Below, piece by piece: positions 50,936-61,423 of a stretch of 64,000 nucleotides of DNA. Both the position numbers and the translations under genes were made by a program. Under the pieces are notes generated by a model. That model saw only the letters and a program-made list of their open reading frames with translations, ran no database searches and was not told where the DNA came from. Positions within the stretch are counted from its first letter, which is position 1, and every line of letters starts with the position of its first letter. Source of the DNA: Hyphochytrium catenoides (taxonomy: Eukaryota > Protista > Hyphochytriomycota); the NCBI GenBank assembly GCA_900088475.1, contig FLMG01003947.1:151151-215150 (forward strand). Reading direction: 5' to 3'.

Positions 50936-51719
50936 ATGACTGCGGTAATAAGGTCGCCGAGCCTCCCTGCATATGAACACCACCACACGATCGTATCCCT
51001 TCAAGCTTCTTCTTTCATAGCGGTCACTCGTCGCCAAAACACCCCCCACCGATACCAGATAAGGGTACGACACGCAGACCAGTATCCTCTGTGCTGAAGG
51101 TTGTTATTTAGAAAAATCACCAATCGCAGGTCATCTACGATATCGGATGTCTTTGGGAAGTGGTAAGACGCTACAATGGCTTCTTCCAGCTGCGGCAGCA
51201 GGTTATTGAAGCCCTCCGCCAGAAACATGTCTGCATCGGATGTTGTAAGGCCGCTCTCCAGCGTATTGACACTTGCAAATTCCCGAGGAAAAGGCTCTTC
51301 ACCTCGAGGTGGTATATGATACTTGAGGAGAACGCGAAGTTGCCCTTAAGCAAATTTTCTCTATAAAGGGCCTCAAAGGTGGTGAAAACCCGGGCGCTGG
51401 AGCTCAAGACTTTCATTTCTGAGGTTCTGGAGGTTACAAATTGTGCATCATTCAGAACTTGTTCGCACACATCCGTCAAGGAGGTGCTTCGCGTTATAGA
51501 CCACTTCTTCCTGGTCGAGAAGGTAACGAGATTGTAAGGACAACTGTAACTGTATTGGTTACGCTCTCAACTTCCCTTTATCTTTACAGGAGTAGTAGTG
51601 CACAGGTGACGGCTCACATAGGAAGACACGAAGAAACCACACTAGTAAGGCAAGTAGCGGAGGATACTCTCTGCAAGATTGACTACTTGCTTCAGCCTAG
51701 ACCAGAAATAAACAAATAA
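50936..51719 (+). CDS. Small PX (phox homology) domain protein, spliced; ends at 51595 or 51719 depending on the acceptor used
   Basis: Exon 1 (50936-51064) joins exon 2 (from 51130): RYQIR|VIYDIGCLWEVVRRYNGFFQLRQQV...KFPRKRLF...VVKTRALELKTFISEVL. Confidence 0.8.
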
Positions 51720-52515
51720 ATGATAGGGAACTTTCTCAATGGAACTTATTCTTACTGAGGCTGGCAACCACATAGCGTTAGTATGACAGTCCGTTGAGAA
51801 AAGACGGCCCGGGGACCTAACTATCGAAGACTATCAGCCTGGATTGACGTCCACGTAGTTTGACGTAACCGTCCGAGAGCCGCTGCAACACACCTACCTG
51901 AACAATGCAGCACCTCAGGCAGGTTACGCGGCTCTGATTGGTCATGCTGTTAAGTTCGCTCCTTACGCGGAAAGCTCTGCAGAGAGCAGGATACGAATCT
52001 GTCCCACTTGTATGAAAACGTTTGGTGGTGCGACTGACGAGGTTCAAGGCACACAACGTCATTGTATCCGGCAATTCACGATAGATATGGAGGGGGAAGT
52101 TCTTTGTCTTCCCTTTTCAATTCTATCTATGGAAGGATTTCCGTCCACACCCGACGCTGTAATCCGGAAATGGTCTCCGCTCGCCTTTCTCTCCCGCGAG
52201 CTCTCCAGGAAATACTCCTGCAACAGGTTCCTGGAGCAGTTCTTGGCGGGCTTTTTATTTTTTAAGTAGAGTACGAAGTAGGTTTCTAGTAGTAGTAGGA
52301 GGCTTCTAGGGATAGCTATAGGTTACTTTTCATCTTCCCTATCGTGGGTTCTATATACTTATTATGTCAGTCAATATTAACACGGAGTAGTCCATTTGGG
52401 AGCTTATAGCGAAGGCGCGCTAACTGCTACTCTATTTATGGAGCAATCGGAGATACCACGTCATAGATTAGAATCTTTTATTTAGATCAGAGTTTCAATG
52501 GTTACTGGTCTAACT

Positions 52516-53310
52516 CTACAAATTACCCTGAACAACACCAGGTTCAAAAGTTCCCCTCTCCCAACCACGCTCAAACATAGGAGCCCGCTGGGATGACTTC
52601 ATCCTTGGCATCATGTCATGGCTACCGTTAGAGTAACGATGTGGCTTGGATTCCACCATCAAAAAGGCAGCCAATCGGACCAAGGCAGGTAGGCATGAAA
52701 TCATCCAGAAGTATCCGCCGATCCTGAGCAGCGTCTCGGATCCCAAGTACCATCCGACCGTTGCACAGATACATCCAAGTGCCAGTAGGAGCACCGTAGC
52801 TGCAGTTACGAAGTCACGTGCGAACGCAAAGACAGCTAAGATAATGGTCAAAACTGCCATTGTTACAGTCCAGGTCGCAATGACCATGCTCTCCTCATAA
52901 CGGCCTAACACCGGAAGAAGTGCGGCAGCATTGAAAGCCCAAAGCAGGCTGAGACTTAGTAGATAGCTTCCCCATGAGGTATGAAGAACTGTGGCAAATG
53001 TGTCTCGGGCAGAATACGCCCACATTCCCGCTAGATTTTGAGCAAATCCCCCATATATCATCACGAAGGGCCATAAGTATGTCGTAGTGTCATCATCCCC
53101 CCACCAAGACGCTAGCCATGAGCCAACAACAAAAGTCCCGGCAGCGTAGCTTCCAAATCCTAGCGCCGACGGTGCGGCAATGGGCTGAAGGAAAATGGTG
53201 GTTGCTGGGGGCGGCTGGCGGTCTTTGAAGTCATCCAGTTCCAGAAGGTAAGTGTCATCTTGGACTGCAGCGTCATTGGCACAATTTGCTTCAGGTTGTC
53301 GGGAGGCCAT
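52516..53310 (-). CDS. GPR1/FUN34/YaaH (SatP/Ady2) acetate uptake transporter family protein, intronless
   Basis: FLQPIAAPSALGF, YGGFAQNLAGMWAY...DTFATVLHTSWGSY, about six TM helices and GGYFW. Confidence 0.88.
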   Translation of the reverse strand: MASRQPEANCANDAAVQDDTYLLELDDFKDRQPPPATTIFLQPIAAPSALGFGSYAAGTFVVGSWLASWWGDDDTTTYLWPFVMIYGGFAQNLAGMWAYSARDTFATVLHTSWGSYLLSLSLLWAFNAAALLPVLGRYEESMVIATWTVTMAVLTIILAVFAFARDFVTAATVLLLALGCICATVGWYLGSETLLRIGGYFWMISCLPALVRLAAFLMVESKPHRYSNGSHDMMPRMKSSQRAPMFERGWERGTFEPGVVQGNL

Positions 53311-54903
53311 GATGGCTGTAAAAAGGAAGCAAGTTTTGCTCAGGTTGATAGGTAGCACGGCACTGGTTGATTATGATGGAAAATGGAGAGTGAATAGGTC
53401 GTAGACCAGGACTGCGACTGGGAGGAGACTTCATATACATACACAGAGTGGTGGGTTAGGTTCAACGAAGAGACTGAACCCTGATTTCTACATGAGGGAT
53501 GTTCTAAGAGACAGAAATCTTCCCATTATAAAAGATATCTGTCTTCTACTCAACGACAAGGGGTAGACAGGGGCCAGGGGGACTTCTTTGTCGCTTCAGA
53601 CTTGCGTGAATGATCTTATGAAAGCTGACAATACACAGCTGGGTTGGTTTACCTCTTCCTCCCTGGCTTATTATGCATACCTTTCCTCACGGGCTTATTA
53701 TCCAAACAATCCCGGCGACTTGTTCGCTGATGTACAGCATAGATCCGTCCGACTGAACACATTTAGGATCGTTTCGCAGCTCGTGATAGTTCCTACTACC
53801 CAGCCGACAGCGAGTAGTTCTATCAAGTTGTCCGTACCCACTGTTCTCCATGAAGAACCACCGAACCGAACCGAAGACGGGTACGCATCTCTCTCTTTTA
53901 TTATCGCATATGGAAAGTTGGACCCCCAGAGCCGAGCCACCAACAACACCAACGAAGTGGGTAAGTTTAATAAGGTGGATGGGTCGATGATCCTGCACTA
54001 AAACAGTGACGTAGTGGAGAGCGAATAATAGCTCGGAGAATAGCCATTCGATGGGTGGGCGTGATGGTCCCTGTCACCCGCCAGCCCAAGCGTGCGACAA
54101 CTTGTTCGCTCTACATCTTATGGGTCAGTCCAATCTACCAACTGAACTCATTTAGGATCTTTGGGTAACCTGTTGTAAGGGCTAGAGTCCAAACTGTGGG
54201 ACTCACTATTCTTCGCGAAGAACCATTCGTGGACCGGTCCACGTTCGGTTATATAGTAGGGACGAGTAGGGTGGGGCGGGGAACGCTTTCAACAACTATG
54301 GCATACAATTCTTCTCCGGCACTGGCAGCCGGCCTGTTATGTGCGATCCGCAACAAAATTCTCTGTTAGCTGTAGAATCCGGTAGCCAGGTCGAGTAAAG
54401 AAGTCCAATCTGTACTGAACACTTTCACTGTCCTGCAGCCAGAATCCAGTGGTTCAAACTCCACCAACCTCGTGCTGTTCTTCTTCGGGAAGAATTTGAA
54501 CAAACAAGAGCATTCTTCTCATCCAAAAGCTCCCAGCCATCATTATTGTCCATCTGAAAGCGAGCACTGTCCCCTGCGCGCTGGTGTTCGCCTGTCCTCT
54601 ATGGTCTTCGCTGTTCTTCTACTTCTGTTCTTCGCCGACTAGTTTCGCTGCAGCCCCATTATAACGCACCAAGCTGGAAGATCATCATCGGCGTCAACAA
54701 CAATAGATAACAATAGCTTACTGTTGGTCTTACAGTAGCCAAGTACCACCAGGCCCATCAATCGTTACTATAGTTCAGTCCTCAGTGTTAAATTTTCCAC
54801 TCAACAGCAACAACAAGCCAGAACTCCCACTCAGGATAACAGGGGTTGACATTCATAGTCTCCAAATATTTCATCACGACAGCAGCGGTCGTCAGTTCGT
54901 CCA

Positions 54904-55284
54904 ATGTCCTCCAGTCAGAGTGTTCACGATGACACTTGTCGTCGCCAATGCACGGCTAATCATGGTGCCTTGCACCACACAAAGGAGCGAGATCTAGTCG
55001 TTGAAAAAGCACCGATTGTCCAAGAGAATCTCCATGAGCGTGACGTTCACGTTGTCGAACCTGTTATCAAACGCGACCAAGAAATTCAACATATCAAGCA
55101 TCACCGAGTCGACAAGACGGAACACCTTGCGCCACGGGCAATTGATCATGGCTGCAGCGGACCTCCGCCGTCCGGTTATCACCATATGCAACGGGGCGAA
55201 TCAAGTTCCTCTGATGAGGAGGGGCATAGTGGTCACAAGAAGAGCATGGGAGACAAAATCAAAGAAGCTTTCAAGGGGCATTAA
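54904..55284 (+). CDS. Small hydrophilic His-rich protein with dehydrin-like S- and K-segments
   Basis: C-terminus GESSSSDEEGHSGHKKSMGDKIKEAFKGH; overall hydrophilic with no Trp. Confidence 0.7.
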   Translation: MSSSQSVHDDTCRRQCTANHGALHHTKERDLVVEKAPIVQENLHERDVHVVEPVIKRDQEIQHIKHHRVDKTEHLAPRAIDHGCSGPPPSGYHHMQRGESSSSDEEGHSGHKKSMGDKIKEAFKGH

Positions 55285-57743
55285 ACAGAATGCAATGAGC
55301 TGAGGCTCTTTACATAGAAATTCTGCCTACCTAGCAGAGTATTATCCTATGCTAACAGAATACTCCCTTTTGCAACAGTCTTAAGAAAAAGCATATTGTC
55401 GGATTAACTCCCTCTTTTGTAAAGTAGTGAGCTCGACGACGGCCGCCCGTCCTTGAAACATCTTCATTGGCAATAGCTGAGTAGCTGGGGCTCCCTAGTG
55501 ATTGTTTCCGTGATTGAGGCCATGTGCCACGAGGCAAACTCTTAGTAGAGCGCCTCCATTTTGCCCGGTAAATGGTTAGTGTCAACTGCTATTAGAGGAG
55601 ATTACAAGCGTTCTCAAGGTCCATGGTTCTTCAGATCGCTCGGTGATGCCTGTCTGATGTGGGTGGTATCAAGGGCCAATGATGCTTGCATCTGGACGTG
55701 GCCTCGATCAGTTCTTTGAAGGAGAACCTGCTACTTGACCTCAAACAATAAGAAAACAAGAAAAAAGAACAAAGGGGGCACATCAGGTAGGGCTGGGTTC
55801 GAAAGACTTTTGATAAAGCAAAGGTGTCCGGGTGCAAGATCTCGGGAGGTCTCGAACTGCATCACAGAGACACGGGTTCATCGATCATCGTAGGACCGAA
55901 AGTGATCCTTTTGAAGAAGTTGTTGGAGCGCTATTCTTACCTGTATGATGGTGCTTACGGCTTCTCCTGAATGTTGTCCCTTGCTGGAGAGGCATCTCCA
56001 CTTTGAAGACGAGATAGGTGGCTCTGACTAGAAGTATCAAAAGGGTCAAAGCCCGATTAAGACAAAAATCCTTGATGAATAGGCTAGCTCCATTTGGTTC
56101 GTCTTGCGTCATCACCATCAAGTGGTCCATGGAACATGTCAACAGTGGCTCGAGGTCATCCAAGGCTGTAGGCCCACATATGTGAGAATCAGCTGTGCAA
56201 GAAATACCAAAAGGCCAGAAGAAGTACACTCTTATGGCCAGAGGTTCTGATGGCGACAGGAACAGCATCATAATATACCAGAACTGACATCGCGGCGAAG
56301 AATGAAGCCATTCCTCCCACACCTCCCTCCGATCCGCAGAGAAATTGGACAAGCCCAATACGGATAGCCCACGGAAAGAGTACAGCCTCCATAACAATAA
56401 TCCTCAGCTCAAATGCATTTAAAAAAATACTTGGCTAGTACGTGGAGCGATGAGACAGATACCGTATGCACGAATGCCAGAGCAGTGCTGCTGATAATGT
56501 AGGGCCACCCTAGAATCAGAACTGCAACCCTATTGCGAAGATTTTGAGTAAGGAGGAATAGAATGAGCTGTGATGCGTAGAGAACCCGGGTTGTTGGTCT
56601 TATAAATCGTTTCCAGCTCCACCGATGTTCATAGAACCATCTTCCGAGTATCCATTCCATCACAGTAAGATTACTTTCTTCCTGAGTCATATCAACGTAA
56701 GGCCGCACAGCAACTATCACCCGCTTCTTCCTCCGGTGTCTGCCGATGATCATAGTCGCATCATTCTCCTTTCTATTAACACCGCTGTCATCATCGCTAT
56801 CTCTACCGCATTTTGGTGCCACGACCAAGGAGGCGCTGCCCTTGATGGTAGAGACCGTAATCTTCCGCAGTGATCTGGCTTTGACTTCCACTGCAGAAGG
56901 TCTGTAGCCAAGGGCCTCCTCAATCTCCGTACGTGCGCTAATTAGCGACTTCCTGCCGAGGTCATCTCCTCTTTAGATAGGTCTTCCATGAAGATACTTT
57001 CTACGACTACTTCTTTCCATTCTCTGTTGTTTCCTTCACCCTTAGATGGAAAACCCAGATAGTTCCACAACGGCTTGGAGCCAAAACAGCGAGGCAGGAA
57101 GGCTCAACTAACTTCAAGGTGTTCGTACGTACCCACCCGTAGTCAATCATTTCACTTGAATGTGTGACTTGTAATTCAACTGCACCGGCTTTCGACCTAC
57201 TACTACCCTCAAGAACTTTTACTGGCCCTAGATCCGATTCCGATGGATCCTAGTAATGTGTTGAGGAACTATTGAAGGATGTAAGGGAGCCAATCAGCCC
57301 ACAGCTACATCTAAACTGAACCTCTATAACGGTTCCTTCACTGAAAGAATCCTTCAATCTGGTTGTCTGTCTTATGAGGCGCTTCAATAGGTGGTATAAG
57401 TGAGTGCCAAATCTTCTATGGTATAGTCGTCTTGATTATTCATGAGTATCTAGTTGCCATGTAATCTTCTCCAAGCGGCGGACCTCCTTCTCCTGGTCTA
57501 CGCTCCTTCAGTGTTCGCTGTTCTTCTGTTCTCGTCCTTGAGATCTCGTTGTTCGCTCCTACCCTTCCACCCTCATGAGAGCTCTAAAGATTGGTGGGGT
57601 TCCTTCTACTTTCATTGCTGTTCGTCCGGTAATCGGAAGTTGCGTGGAAGCTCTTCTACAAAGTGTTGAAGTTGGCTCATTCTCCAAAACTCCCAGTGAC
57701 ACCAACATTACCACCACCAAAACATCTGTGAAGCAAAGACAAG

Positions 57744-58733
57744 ATGTTCTCAAAGCTCGCGATTGTGACCTGCCTAACCTTAAGCGGCTTGTGCCTACTT
57801 CTGGGGACAGGTGAGGGCAGGGTTGATACCATCTGCGACTGGCAACCCGTAGTCGCAGGCCCAGCCTTTGACTACTACCGAGAACTTCTAGGCGTGTGGT
57901 ACGATCAGACCGATACCGCGTCCTTCAGGGGACAATACGATGCCGCATGCGCATGTCGAACTCTACTATTTTATGGCCAACATTCCCAGTGCATGAATGT
58001 GGAGCAGAATACCGACTACCCAGGCAATGACATTGGTTATCTCGATTACGTGGATGACCCAGAACACTGCTGCCGGGCTTGTTCAAATACTCCTGGCTGT
58101 ACGAACTACGTTTTGTTTGAGAAGTAATGCTTCTTGAAGAGCTCGAGAGGAGATCCGACAACTCTTCAGAACGCCGTGGCTGCTACTCTAGTAGGGACCC
58201 AAGCGGGCAAAGAAGAGCAACAACAACTCCAATTGGCAGCTGCTTGCGTTAATGCGGAAGAGGAAGATATTATTGTAACAACAGGAAACGCAACTTTCCC
58301 GTGGTCAGAGAAGGTCGGCGCCATCAGAATTGATATTGAGGAGGAGCTTTCTGCGGAACAAGAAAGGGACATTATCTACCCTGGTGGTGCTAACTTCCTC
58401 ATTTTGGATATCAAGCGGAGAGAGCCGCAAGCAGGAGACCCAAAAACTGAAAATGACCCGATTCAATACTTGGTAGTGGGTTCCCCTTGCTATTTCGACG
58501 CTAGGATTCTCTCCAAACAACCTCAACTTCCGGAAGGTGACTACAAGGACGCTCTTAACGTTTTGAACGAGGCTGGCTATCCTCTCGATCTGCTTGCCCT
58601 CAACAGAACGAGGCAAGAAGAAGGACTATGTGCTGCGAGGGACAGTTGGTTGGAGCAGCGTCAGAATGTTTCTGATGGTCATAACCGAAGCGATGCTGGA
58701 AAAGCAAGAGCGAGATTGCTGTTGCGCAACTAA
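57744..58733 (+). pseudogene. Secreted PAN/Apple-domain protein interrupted by one in-frame TAA (58125-58127)
   Basis: Signal peptide, then CMNVEQNTDYPGNDIG...CCRACSNTPGCTNYVLFEK*CFLKS; the frame continues to 58733. Confidence 0.75.
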
Positions 58734-59429
58734 AGCCGGTGGGCGCAGTCTCGGGAAGAACGAAGAGAGAGCAGCTTTACTTTAGGTGTGGCTTCGGAAC
58801 TGAAGGGAATAGGTGATGTCCGTTACTTACCAAATGCAAAATAAAGAAAAAAAGAGCTATTCCTCGTTAATGATGCAAAGTGAGGTGATGGTGGAAAGGA
58901 TATCTCTTGTTTTATGCTTACGATGTGCAGAATAGAGCTCATGCGTCCTCATACAGCAGCAAGCAGTAGAGTGGTGATGTTATTCCCACCCCCGTATCAA
59001 CGGCCAGCCCAAGCAACGAGTAGCCTACAGCAACGGTAGAAGGAACATTTATCCTTTATCAGAGGGTGAGGGTCATAACTTTAGACACAATGTCAAATGG
59101 ACACGCAAGAATCAAGAGATACTGCTCTCCTAATTCAGAGAGGATCAATGCCGCATCCACTACAACCTCAGCTCTAGACTAAATATAAAGGAAATGCTAT
59201 GATGAACGGGCTCGGAAGGTAACATGATTATTCCGCTCCTGCGAGTTCCTTTCTTTTATTATTATGTGCTACTACCCTGGAGCTGGCGGCTATAACCACA
59301 AGCACTATCGGAATGGCTGAGGTGTCGCTCTTGTTATGCTGGGCACACAACAGTAACAGACCAATTAGCTTCTATGGCAGGCTCCTCATAATATATGAAC
59401 TCCACCATAGGGTGACCACGCGTCATGAT

Positions 59430-60014
59430 TCAGAGCAATAAAAGGCATGGCAAAAGGAGGAGGAGAGGAAAGAGCAGGAGTGGAAGCAGCCAGGCGCCAC
59501 AGCAGCACGTGAGAGGGGTAAAAAGGAACAAAAGAGAGATCAATATGACGAGCGTTAGAGGGTCACATCCACCCTTCAGCTCTCCTCCTGGTGTTACAAT
59601 TCTAATTGTACTGTTTGCTTGGATGCCAGAGTCCCGTAAATGCAGATCACTCCTGAGAGGTCTCCCACCAAAGAAAAGTCGAGGACTTTCAATGTGCCGG
59701 TATTCTTCTGACCAGCCCATGTGATCTGACAAGAGCAAGGATGGGAAGTAAGTCAGCCAACTGCATTGACAAGTAGTGATGCTGAGTCTTACGATGTTCT
59801 TCCAGCCTGCCTGTTGTCCTTCCATGTCCGTCCTGTAGTTTTTGAATAATCTTGGCTTCCAGCAGGCTAACACTTTCATCGGGGCATGCCTCAAGGGTCA
59901 AGATCCTGCCATCGGGCTAACAGTAAAGTAGTATCAAACCCAAGATAAATATTAGCGGTAGTTCACTGAGAAGAACAGTAGATAAGAGCGTACCGACAAC
60001 GCAAAGATCTGCAT
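59430..60014 (-). CDS. Ubiquitin-like domain fused via LKGG to a Cys-rich hydrophobic tail, 3 exons
   Basis: MQIFALS|PDGRILTLEACPDESVSLLEAKI...|...RLFFGGRPLRSDLHLRDSGIQANSTIRIV...LKGG-CDPLTLVILISLLFL...; the GT-AG introns keep the frame. Confidence 0.85.
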
Positions 60015-60524
60015 GGCTTGAGTGATTGCCGTAAAGCGCCCCTCTACAGAACCTCAAGATTCTATGGGTATCGCAATTGAGAAGGCTTCAGAACCGTTGT
60101 ACTCCAAATCACCCTGACTTCCTAGAGGAAAATTTATAGTGGAGCCACTGTGTCAGTATGACACAGTAACGGCCAACTCTACATGTATTCTGGAGAGGAT
60201 GCATACATAATAACCTCTGCGGTTAATTCCAAATAAAGCACGCGTTGGTAAAACCATTATAAAAACTACTTGTACATTTATAAGCACCTCATCTATTTAT
60301 ACTTCTATAGGTCCCTACGGTTCATTCGAGGAGCAAGGAACTTGCTACAAGCTGCTCTCTCTTAATCATTACCGGCTTAGAGCATGGAGGTGGAGGAGGA
60401 GGGCGATGAGGAGATGTGGCCCAGGAAGTCAGTTGCGCGGATGGGCGAAGTTAGGCATGACGCCAGGAGATCTTGAGCCTGGAGGATCCCTCCTCCCGCT
60501 ACTTGCTTCGTCCTTCTCCACCTG

Positions 60525-60526
<2 letters not shown>

Positions 60527-60570
<44 letters not shown>
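60527..60570. repeat. (CT)n microsatellite
   Basis: Directly visible. Confidence 0.97.
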
Positions 60571-60575
<5 letters not shown>

Positions 60576-61281
60576 TGTTCCACCCTTCCAAATGTAACCG
60601 TTTCTGGACTTCCTACCTGGAACATTCTCTACGAAGGACTCGCAATCGCGTTCGCTGTATTCTGGCCTTATAATGGTGGTTGTAATGGTGGGTGTATACA
60701 AAGGTTGGATTTCAGCAAAAGAGAAGCCTGACTTACTTGTGTCCTCCTTTTTCTTTTTCAATGATGGGCACAAAGCGGAGTGGTCGGCGTACAAGCTTCT
60801 GCGCTCCAATTCTCCAATTCTCCGCCCCGGAAGTTTTGTCCAAATACATGACTCTTCTTGCGGGTGCAGTTGAGCACTCGTGCCCAGCGCCAGGGCTTGG
60901 GTGATAAGGTCCCGCCAGCAGCTCTTCTTCTCTTTTTGGCCTAGGAACTAGTATAGTTCCTTCTCATTTGTCTTTCTTGTCTTGATAAATAATATTACTC
61001 TCTGTGTTCTTCCGAGGTCCAATATTATTGAAGGATCATTTTTAGCTTTCCCCTTGGTGGAAGGGGGCCCCGTGAATCTAGAGAACAAAAAACTGAACAC
61101 CTTTCCACTTCTTTGCTCACAACACTTTGCTCTAGTTCTACTTCTATCGCGTCAGCCCCATAAAAAGATCCAGAAGAGCCATGCCGCCTTCGTATAGCTC
61201 CAACATTTGAGCAGTGCTGCAAGCCACTGGGCGGGTTAGTTCTCGACCCGTTTGCATATGGCTCCCTTCTTGCGACCTCCA

Positions 61282-61365
61282 ACGAAGAAACTCTGCGTCT
61301 GTCACTTCAAAATTTCCTGAAGAAACTACGAAGAAACTCTGCGTCTGTCACTTTTAGAATTTCCT
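61282..61365. repeat. 46-bp-period direct repeat (26 bp identical core) just upstream of the PhoD gene
   Basis: acgaagaaactctgcgtctgtcactt occurs at 61282 and 61328, each followed by aatttcct. Confidence 0.9.
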
Positions 61366-61423
61366 AGACCGTCACAAACAAAGGATCATCCTTTCTTCTT
61401 CGGCAGCGCGTCAATATCTCACA

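Noticed and set aside
55885-56891. Hydrophobic ORFs here and at 22796-23068, 32478-32933 and 36912-37379
   Set aside because: Possibly membrane-protein genes or relics, but no recognisable family or consistent gene model.
34181-58127. Stop-codon reassignment (TAA/TAG read as Gln), suggested by in-frame stops
   Set aside because: Conserved genes (GARS, PhoD, Stealth, SOD, caleosin) have no internal TAR codons in exons and end at TAG in plausible positions.
61282-61365. CRISPR-like direct repeats (also the 18-bp repeat near 63574/63612)
   Set aside because: Only two copies, no spacer series, no cas genes and a eukaryotic context.
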